Below are positions 1 to 6,705 of a stretch of DNA of 13,063 nucleotides, piece by piece; position 1 is the stretch's first letter, and every line of letters begins with the position of its first letter. Source of the stretch: a virus. Lineage: Duplodnaviria > Heunggongvirae > Uroviricota > Caudoviricetes. The stretch lies in the IMG/VR virus record IMGVR_UViG_3300021399_000141, one strand, 5' to 3'. Below the pieces are notes generated by a model. It worked only from the letters and a program-made list of their open reading frames with translations. It was not told the origin of the DNA and searched no databases. Made by a program: the position numbers and the translations under genes.

Positions 1-1247
1 GCATATCGTTTGAACTCGTTAGAGTCGTGGAAAATCTGACATTCTTGAACAGCAGTATCCAACTGAACAAGCACCAGGGTCTCGGGTTTGAGCTGTAGTG
101 CTATGTTATAAACCTCTCCAAGCATATATCGGAGCATGTCGTCAGAGATGGATCCTGAGCTATCGATGAAGATGGTCATGTAGTCTACTGCGTCGAACTT
201 ATCGAAGTCTGCCATAGCTATACGAGCGCGACCATTAGGATCTCGTTGGGTAGCGAGTATGTTTTTGTTGGCGAACGCACGACGTCGATCCTGGGTATTC
301 AGAGCCCGACCTATGATCTTACGAAAGGCTTTTTTCCAATCGGTGTTTGTCTTCCAGAGATCGAGGATCTTACTGTAGAACTTTCCGCGGGCTCCGTGCG
401 CGTCGGTACGATTATCTTTTTGTGCCTGATTGATAGCAATGCGTTTCCATTCATTGGAGTTAGCATCGTCTGTCGGACCTTTATCGTAACCTTCTTTTTC
501 TGCAAGTTCATTACCCTCACGTGCATCCATGAATCCACCTGGTGTCTCAGGCATGTTGCTTCCGTATTGTCCAGCACAGTCTTCAGGTTTGACTTGTCCT
601 TCGTTCTTGTTAGGATCTGCTTGTGATTGACCTTTTTGACCTTCTTGAGATTGACCTTTTTGACTGTTATTGTTGTTGCCTGTTGAATTTCCTTTAGGAT
701 TATCGTCGTAGATACGCTCGTATGCCCATCCTGAATACTTGGCGTCAATGAGACCTCTAATCTTGTGAATGGTGGCAGCACTAAACAGACCCAGATCGAC
801 CAGTGTTTGGTTTACCTCGTAGTCCGCAGCGATGTTACTACGTTCAGAATCATGACCAGCTTGACGCCCCCTACGCATATGATCCAGCACACAGTGCATA
901 CATTCATGCGCCATGACAAATACTTTCTCTTCGAAAGTCAGATCGTTAGTAAATTGCGGATTGACAAACAGATGGAAACCGTCTGTTGCTTGTGTTTTGA
1001 TATGGAACGTATATACTGTTTGAAGTCTGTTTGCAAAAGCTGCGAACATAGGTTCCAAATGTATGAGTGCTGCTTTGGCTTTGGCCTGTTCTTGAAGGAG
1101 TTTGGCCATGTCGATACGAGTACCATCCAAGCAGACTATAGTATCATAGTCCTCCCAGCGTTTACCCTTATTATCGCGTTCCATGGTCTGACGTTCAGAT
1201 CCAGAAACGTATTTTTGACCGCCTGCTTCTTCAAATATATTTCTCAT
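1..1247 (-). CDS. Zincin-like metallopeptidase (DUF2201_N-type) fused to vWA-like (DUF2201-type) domain; 3' end runs off the window
   Basis: Manually translated, not in the ORF track. Open from ATG 1247 (MRNIFEEAGG) to the window edge, 415 codons with no stop. HExxH motif FVMAHECMHCVLDHMRR at 908-894, then NIAADYEVN, a Q/G/N-rich linker, and MIDAS motif IFIDSSGS (DSSGS 164-150). ATGA overlap with the upstream stop. Confidence 0.9.
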   Translation of the reverse strand, partial: MRNIFEEAGGQKYVSGSERQTMERDNKGKRWEDYDTIVCLDGTRIDMAKLLQEQAKAKAALIHLEPMFAAFANRLQTVYTFHIKTQATDGFHLFVNPQFTNDLTFEEKVFVMAHECMHCVLDHMRRGRQAGHDSERSNIAADYEVNQTLVDLGLFSAATIHKIRGLIDAKYSGWAYERIYDDNPKGNSTGNNNNSQKGQSQEGQKGQSQADPNKNEGQVKPEDCAGQYGSNMPETPGGFMDAREGNELAEKEGYDKGPTDDANSNEWKRIAINQAQKDNRTDAHGARGKFYSKILDLWKTNTDWKKAFRKIIGRALNTQDRRRAFANKNILATQRDPNGRARIAMADFDKFDAVDYMTIFIDSSGSISDDMLRYMLGEVYNIALQLKPETLVLVQLDTAVQECQIFHDSNEFKRY

Positions 1248-1561
1248 AGTACTTTAACTTCTATTGGTAGAATAGATCCCGTTACTGGGCCTGCTGGACT
1301 AACCAAAAGGGTAGGTGTGATCTGCAATCCTATCTCTTTGACATAAGCATCTACGGCATCGGCAATAGGCTGAGATAGTGCTGAGGATAACCCTTTGGCA
1401 CACAGTTTACCGAACGCTTCAGCTATGTCATGAGCTCCGTTTTCATCATTGACATCCGGAAAGGTACTTAATAAGGCATTCTCGAACACTTTGGCGACTT
1501 TGTCGCTTTTGAGGGCTATTTCGATATCCGTTTTAAGTTTTAGTTTGGCTACACTTAACAT
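1244..1561 (-). CDS. Hypothetical protein (105 aa), possibly a small virion/baseplate-associated protein
   Basis: Track ORF 1244..1615; the better start is ATG 1561 (MLSVAKLK), overlapping the upstream stop. C-terminal IADAVDAYVK...LVSPAGPVTG resembles small proteins I recall near spike/baseplate genes, but this is unverified. Confidence 0.6.
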   Translation of the reverse strand: MLSVAKLKLKTDIEIALKSDKVAKVFENALLSTFPDVNDENGAHDIAEAFGKLCAKGLSSALSQPIADAVDAYVKEIGLQITPTLLVSPAGPVTGSILPIEVKVL

Positions 1562-1905
1562 ACCAGGATTCCTTTTTTGTTGACGACGAGACTCAAGATG
1601 TCTGTGTCGTGACATTTGGATACATTGTCGAATATGGTAACAGACGTCCCCTCTGAAATAGATTCACAGAACCGTTGTAGACTGGAGTTGCAATTCACTA
1701 TGTTTACATCGACCAGTTCCTGGATCTTAGCAAAGCAATAATTCTTGAGATTGGATCTCTCAAATATCACATTATCGTATCGTCCTTGTGACACGTCCAG
1801 TGCATAGGCGTTGGCTTCTTCTATGGAAGAGACCACTCGGCAGGACTTACGCAGTTCTTGGAGTACAAAATCGGTTTTTATGAAACTACTCAGGTCTTGT
1901 AACAT
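1555..1905 (-). CDS. Hypothetical protein (116 aa)
   Basis: TAATG stop/start overlap at 1907-1903 and a 7-nt overlap with the next gene, so it is coupled within the operon. Confidence 0.65.
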   Translation of the reverse strand: MLQDLSSFIKTDFVLQELRKSCRVVSSIEEANAYALDVSQGRYDNVIFERSNLKNYCFAKIQELVDVNIVNCNSSLQRFCESISEGTSVTIFDNVSKCHDTDILSLVVNKKGILVC

Positions 1906-2267
1906 TATCGTTCAACAATGATTTGATTTTCGATATCCAGTACTTTGGCATCCGGTGCACATTCAGATATATAATGAGTAACAGTACCCACCTGGAATAC
2001 CTTGTTATCTACAATTCGAATGCATTTGTCGAGAGAGGTCATCTCGCGGATAGCGTCTTGAAGATTGTCTTTTTCAGATTCTATCACGAAATAACCAGTT
2101 TCAAACTCCACGGGTTTACCCTGCCAACCGAATACGTTTCCGTTGATATTGTAACTCTCTAACAGAGATGCCAAGCTTTGTTTGAACTTCTCTACTATAG
2201 CATTATATTCCAATTGTTGTTGAATGATGCTCTTTTGGAACATATTAGCATTAGGAAATTTAGTCAT
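1905..2267 (-). CDS. Hypothetical protein (120 aa)
   Basis: Start overlaps the upstream stop (ATGACTAA) and its stop overlaps the next start. Confidence 0.7.
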   Translation of the reverse strand: MTKFPNANMFQKSIIQQQLEYNAIVEKFKQSLASLLESYNINGNVFGWQGKPVEFETGYFVIESEKDNLQDAIREMTSLDKCIRIVDNKVFQVGTVTHYISECAPDAKVLDIENQIIVER

Positions 2268-3189
2268 AATCTGTTGTATTGAATATATTTTCTACATCGC
2301 GAGCAGCTTTTTCCAGCGACTCACAATCAATCTTCTTATCTCCATATGAAACAGCACCCAACCATCCGATAGGCTCACCATCATTATCACGAATCATTGC
2401 GAAACCTGTCTGATATACTCCGATGGTCTTCATGCGGCGATAGAGTGCATCACTCTGATCCAGGAACTCTGTGCTATCCACATCGAACACTGCTGCTGGT
2501 ACATGACACATGGTGTATGCAATGTCTCCGTAGGCTACGATATACTGGTTACGATAAAGAGGTGTGAACTCACGGTCTCCTTCCGCTAGGTGTAATGGAT
2601 TAGCAAACTCATCGGTGATGACATCGAACTTCACAAAGTGAATACCACGCAGATCTGTAGTGCCATTATGGAACTGTGCAATATAGACGTGGTCAGCATT
2701 CATAGCGTTACACCAGCGTCTTAGGCTCTTGGACAATAACCCTCCCTTAGACTTCAAAAGAACTCTGCTGGTTTGTTTTTTAGCTTCTTGGAGATCATGA
2801 TTTCGGGATTCTGTATAACACCTATGTATATTGTTCTCCATATCATCCACTCGCCTGCCTACTTTGTTTATGTTGTCATCCATCTGTGTCAAATCATCAT
2901 CTGTTTTATCCATGCGCTTATTAAGCTTTTCGATACTTTCGATCAATTGTTTCCTATTGTCGTCAGCATTGGTTTTGATGATATCCACTTTGGTTACTAC
3001 AGCATCGATTTTCGATACTACGGCATCCATATCGTGTTTGAATGCTTCTTTTAATTCAGAGGTATTATGATTTTTTTCCTTCTGAATAGAGTTTTCTTTC
3101 CATATGAGGTATGCTATGGCTGCTAGAAGCACTACAAGCACACCTATCCATCCATAGGTTTCTATTATGGCGTTTGCTGTTGTTTCCAT
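2260..3189 (-). CDS. Membrane-anchored coiled-coil + GAF-domain protein (possibly holin-like)
   Basis: N-terminal TM helix (WIGVLVVLLAAIAYLIW), heptad coiled coil (aa ~45-130) and a C-terminal GAF-like pattern (ADHVYIAQFHNG...MIRDNDGEPIGWLGAV...LEKAARDV). T4 holin T is also TM+GAF, but the holin function here is inferred. Confidence 0.7.
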   Translation of the reverse strand: METTANAIIETYGWIGVLVVLLAAIAYLIWKENSIQKEKNHNTSELKEAFKHDMDAVVSKIDAVVTKVDIIKTNADDNRKQLIESIEKLNKRMDKTDDDLTQMDDNINKVGRRVDDMENNIHRCYTESRNHDLQEAKKQTSRVLLKSKGGLLSKSLRRWCNAMNADHVYIAQFHNGTTDLRGIHFVKFDVITDEFANPLHLAEGDREFTPLYRNQYIVAYGDIAYTMCHVPAAVFDVDSTEFLDQSDALYRRMKTIGVYQTGFAMIRDNDGEPIGWLGAVSYGDKKIDCESLEKAARDVENIFNTTDYD

Positions 3190-3227
3190 TAAATTGTGCG
3201 AATCTTGTTACTTATAAAATAATCATT

Positions 3228-3803
3228 TTATTTGGATAGTAAAGATTCACCGTATCGAGCCATGAAGTAGGCGTCAGCAATATCATCCACCTTGACATAC
3301 TGTTCCGTTCCTATCATGTGTTTTTCGAGTTTTTGCCAGGCAGATATCATAATGTCTTTTTCAGCAGAGCCATTGCCTGTAGCAAACTTCTTATTCTGGG
3401 TAGGAGACACTATAAACACATTAGGAACTTTCGCTTCTATACATGCCATACGCACCATGTAGTTGAGACCGGATAGATCGATCAGGGCAGCTGACCCAGT
3501 ACTACCGAAAGAGACCCCTTCGATAGTCACTACGTCTGGTTTCCAGACTTCTAAGATGTTTTTGATGTGGCGTACAATATTATATATATTATATGTCTTC
3601 AGTTCTTCCTTGACATTGTAGTCTAATTTAGAGTCTACTGTGGTTTTTTCATATCGTATGAGTGCAAGATGTGCGTTGTTACATGATGTAGCTTTTTTAG
3701 TGAACTTAGGACTTATGATATAGTAGAAGCTTTGTAAACGGGAGGTATTGTATATACATACACCAGTTGAATTGATAGATAGGTCCAGACCTATGGTAAC
3801 CAT
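3228..3803 (-). CDS. ruvC: RuvC-like Holliday junction resolvase (phage type), 191 aa
   Basis: IGLDLSINSTGVC (catalytic D), VVTIEG (catalytic E), SPTQNKKFATGNGSAEKD and DDIADAY (catalytic D). True start taken as ATG 3803 (MVTIGLD) rather than the track's 3929. Confidence 0.88.
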   Translation of the reverse strand: MVTIGLDLSINSTGVCIYNTSRLQSFYYIISPKFTKKATSCNNAHLALIRYEKTTVDSKLDYNVKEELKTYNIYNIVRHIKNILEVWKPDVVTIEGVSFGSTGSAALIDLSGLNYMVRMACIEAKVPNVFIVSPTQNKKFATGNGSAEKDIMISAWQKLEKHMIGTEQYVKVDDIADAYFMARYGESLLSK

Positions 3804-3843
3804 TTTTGTGAACTTGTTTTTATAAAAATATAAGACAGCCCCG

Positions 3844-3852
3844 TTATTATTT
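3844..3852 (+). promoter_or_regulatory. Candidate phage promoter element TTATTATTT upstream of MoxR
   Basis: 20 nt before ATG 3873. The same core and spacing recur at other transcription-unit starts. Confidence 0.45.
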
Positions 3853-3872
3853 AGGAAATACATGTATTGATA

Positions 3873-5744
3873 ATGAGAAATATTCAAGAAAGTTTTGTGG
3901 GTGTTCAACCTCTTACGGATTATCTCCAATCAGAGTTGGACAATCACGTAGACGAAGGTCTTCGTGACGCCATTGATAGAGTCAAAGATAAGCTCGGTAA
4001 ACTGGCTAGACAGGTGGTAGCCTGGGGAAAAGGTATCGTAGCCAAACTACAGACCTGGTGGATGGTCACAGATGAAGAGGGTAACATCCTACCATGTTCT
4101 ACCCCGATGACCGCAGGACAGGCTTACAATGATGGTCTGATCAATAAGAAGTCCACGTTCGTCAGTCTAGGTAAGACCTCGGGTAAGTTAGTAGGTCGTA
4201 CAGAAGCCTTTACAGGTGCGCTCAAGATGTATCCGTCAACACTCGAATGGTGGAAGTGGCTATCCAAACGCGCTGTTCGCGAGTCTAATGAAGAGGAGTT
4301 CAAATCTCAGTTCCAACAGATCGATGAGGTGCAGATGGCAAATACCGATCCACAAGCCAAGTACAATGTGATCACTACCAACGAGAAACTTCGTCAGGTG
4401 ATCAAGAAACACGTAACCAGTCCGCGTACTGCTCGTCTGATGATCTGGGGTGCTCCCGGTATAGGAAAGACTGCGATCCTTAATGCTGTTGTATCAGAGA
4501 TATCCGCAGAGCAAGGTAAAGACTACGCGCTCATCTCCAAAACTCTTTCTAACGAGACTCCTGAAAACTTCATGCTGCCAAAATACACAGAGTCAGGTGA
4601 TCGAGCAGAGGATGTTCCAAAGACCTGGTTGCCTGTATGGCGCCCTACTGGTGATGCCAAACTGGATGCAGAACTCGATGCTAAATGTGGACGTGGTATG
4701 TTATTCATCGATGAGTTGTCTCGCGCTACACAACAGGTACTTAACGTGATCCTACCGCTGATCAACGAAGCTACTTTCAACGGATGGAAACTAGGATCTG
4801 GTTGGGCTATCGTATGTGCATCTAACCGGGACGAGGATGAGGATCGTGGTGGTCAGTCATCAATTGGTAATGCATTAGGTAACCGTTTCGCGCAAGTCTA
4901 TTACGAACCAACGGCCAAGACCTGGCGTGCCTGGGCCGACAAGCAAGGCTTCATGTCACCACTCCTTACTCAATGGTTGGATATGCCTGCTGGTGAAACA
5001 CTGGCTGGTGGTAAGTTCTTCTACTGGGACCCGAATGGAGATGATACGGCTGGCTCTGACATGACTCACATCATGTGCACCCCTCGTTCCTGGACTAACG
5101 CCATGATCGATCTCGCTGAGATGCACAACACCGGCTCGCTGGAAGGATTTAACATATTTGATCTAGACGCCGAAGATATCCTCTTCACCCTCAACAAATA
5201 CGTACCAGCTGCGGCAGTAGATGCCTTCTGGGCTTTCCTCCAGACTATTCGCAAGATCGGTAACTTCGATGCTGCTGTTCAGTCTGCTTGGCAAAATAGT
5301 GGAGCGGGACTCAAGATCGACGCTAAGGATCTGGTACACGTAGCTCTACCATTAGCACAGCTCGTAGTAACAGCGCACAAAGACAAACTGCCTACTCAAG
5401 AAGAGTTCGAGTCCTTGGCCAACTGGTTGGTAAAAGCCAACAACGAGCAACTCGCATCGTACGTACTCGATGTATTCAAGAATGTGTTCGCAGCAGACGT
5501 AGCTGACAGTGATACATCGCTTGGTCTGAATGACTTGAAGTCCTATATCTTCTTCCTCAAAAAGATGAACGATCGCAAACCGGAGATCTGGGGTAACATC
5601 CATGCCTTCGATGCCTTCATGAACGCCTGGAAAGTAGATCGCACTACCATGCCTGACTACAGCACTGGTATGTCTATTATCGCCAAGAAATATGGTGAAG
5701 CCTTCAAGACTGCATCCGTTGATGGGAAAGATGGGTTAGGATAA
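3873..5744 (+). CDS. MoxR-family (AAA_5-type) AAA+ ATPase with ~150-aa N-terminal extension, 623 aa
   Basis: Walker A GAPGIGKT (4449-4472), Walker B MLFIDE (4698-4715), sensor-1 IVCASNR, Arg finger ALGNRF and CTPRSW. Start ATG 3873 (MRNIQES). Confidence 0.88.
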   Translation: MRNIQESFVGVQPLTDYLQSELDNHVDEGLRDAIDRVKDKLGKLARQVVAWGKGIVAKLQTWWMVTDEEGNILPCSTPMTAGQAYNDGLINKKSTFVSLGKTSGKLVGRTEAFTGALKMYPSTLEWWKWLSKRAVRESNEEEFKSQFQQIDEVQMANTDPQAKYNVITTNEKLRQVIKKHVTSPRTARLMIWGAPGIGKTAILNAVVSEISAEQGKDYALISKTLSNETPENFMLPKYTESGDRAEDVPKTWLPVWRPTGDAKLDAELDAKCGRGMLFIDELSRATQQVLNVILPLINEATFNGWKLGSGWAIVCASNRDEDEDRGGQSSIGNALGNRFAQVYYEPTAKTWRAWADKQGFMSPLLTQWLDMPAGETLAGGKFFYWDPNGDDTAGSDMTHIMCTPRSWTNAMIDLAEMHNTGSLEGFNIFDLDAEDILFTLNKYVPAAAVDAFWAFLQTIRKIGNFDAAVQSAWQNSGAGLKIDAKDLVHVALPLAQLVVTAHKDKLPTQEEFESLANWLVKANNEQLASYVLDVFKNVFAADVADSDTSLGLNDLKSYIFFLKKMNDRKPEIWGNIHAFDAFMNAWKVDRTTMPDYSTGMSIIAKKYGEAFKTASVDGKDGLG

Positions 5745-5762
5745 GATTTCCTTGAGTATAAC

Positions 5763-5807
5763 AAAAGATCTCCTGAATACCTTATAAAGTATCCAGGAGA
5801 TTTTTTT
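5763..5807 (+). terminator. Rho-independent terminator after MoxR (possibly bidirectional)
   Basis: Stem atctcctgaatac / gtatccaggagat (13 bp, one A-C mismatch that is G-U on the minus strand), 8-nt loop, followed by a T7 run. Confidence 0.75.
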
Positions 5808-5820
5808 ATGCGATTATATC

Positions 5821-5855
5821 AAAAAAAAAAACCTGTACTTGCGTACAGGCTTTTT
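5821..5855 (-). terminator. Rho-independent terminator after the tail tube gene
   Basis: On the minus strand cctgtac-GCAA-gtacagg (GNRA tetraloop) followed by an 11-U run, just past the TAA at 5861. Confidence 0.85.
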
Positions 5856-5860
5856 GTGTG

Positions 5861-6454
5861 TTATGCTTCTTCCTCGTCACCAGCGTTCTTTTCATCCCAC
5901 CAGTCAGTACGGAACTTAACTTCGAGCTCGAGTGCCTCGTCAGCGGTGTAGTCGTAATCAGCAGAAAGAACTACTGAGCCAACCAGCATGACATCGTGCA
6001 TAAGTAGATCGTGCCAAACATCACCTACTCGGTTTGCTACCTTGAGGTGGAACCAGTCAGCACAGTAATCAGGTTTGAGCACACGCTCACCGGTAGCCAT
6101 GTTGTAGTTGAGGTTCTTCCAAGCGCGGAACAAACGATAGATATAGTTGTCGGTGCCGTTACGAAGGTTAAGAGAGAACTTAACGGTGAACTCGACGAAG
6201 GTTTCGCCTCCAAGTGTTGGTTTGATATATGAACGTGATGTACCCATGAACTTCTGTGCATCTGCTTCAGGTCCTTTATAGAATCCTTCCAAGCCCCCTA
6301 CTGTCAACACGTGCTCGGTGATAAGTGCTTCATCTTGTGCGAATTTTTGACGAAGTCTTTCAGGGATAGTGAAGTACATCTCAAATATCGCTTTGTGGGC
6401 GGGATCGTACTTGTTACGTCCAGCTTCACTATTTTGTATGTGTGGTAAAGCCAT
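5861..6454 (-). CDS. Tail tube protein (T4 gp19-like fold), 197 aa
   Basis: MALPHIQNSEAGRNKYDP...FEMYFTIP, EFTVKFSLNL, YRLFRAWKNL and the C-terminal LELEVKFRTDWWDE match the gp19 tube pattern. Start taken as ATG 6454, not 6520. Confidence 0.72.
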   Translation of the reverse strand: MALPHIQNSEAGRNKYDPAHKAIFEMYFTIPERLRQKFAQDEALITEHVLTVGGLEGFYKGPEADAQKFMGTSRSYIKPTLGGETFVEFTVKFSLNLRNGTDNYIYRLFRAWKNLNYNMATGERVLKPDYCADWFHLKVANRVGDVWHDLLMHDVMLVGSVVLSADYDYTADEALELEVKFRTDWWDEKNAGDEEEA

Positions 6455-6483
6455 ATTCTTTGTATTTTTTTTTGATATTTGAC

Positions 6484-6528
6484 TATATAATAAATACTGA
6501 AATCGTTTTGTGTTAGGCATTATTATAT
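6484..6528. promoter_or_regulatory. Divergent candidate promoter elements TTATTATAT for the tube gene (minus, within 6494-6484) and the fibre cassette (plus, 6520-6528)
   Basis: Plus copy is 19 nt before ATG 6548; minus copy is ~30 nt before ATG 6454. Confidence 0.45.
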
Positions 6529-6547
6529 TAGTAAATTGAATAAAGTC

Positions 6548-6694
6548 ATGGCAAATTTAACCATACGAAAGGGTACTGAAGCTGAATGGGAACGCTCGGT
6601 TCAAAACCCTGATGATATTGTATTTCTTACTGATAAACCACTGATCAAAACTCAGGGGCAGACTTATGGTGCTCCTCTCTGGGAGGGTGAATAA
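6548..6694 (+). CDS. 48-aa protein consisting only of the N-terminal module shared with the three downstream fibre genes
   Basis: Manually translated: MANLTIRKGTEAEWERSVQNPDDIVFLTDKPLIKTQGQTYGAPLWEGE*. IVFLTD...GQTYG aligns without gaps to IYFTTD...GEIYG. Stop is 11 nt before the next ATG. Confidence 0.75.
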   Translation: MANLTIRKGTEAEWERSVQNPDDIVFLTDKPLIKTQGQTYGAPLWEGE

Positions 6695-6705
6695 AATTAT
6701 GTTTT

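Noticed and set aside
621-662. Short direct repeat QKGQSQ x2 in the vWA-peptidase
   Set aside because: Ordinary low-complexity linker between the peptidase and vWA domains.
246-1346. Track ORFs 246..626+, 311..781-, 765..1346+ and 938..1126-
   Set aside because: Shadow or alternative frames of the motif-bearing vWA-peptidase gene (1247 to <1).
3804-3929. Extended starts for RuvC (3929), and likewise tube (6520), 12642 and 1615
   Set aside because: The extensions run through AT-rich intergenic DNA or overlap neighbouring genes; conserved motifs begin at the downstream ATGs.
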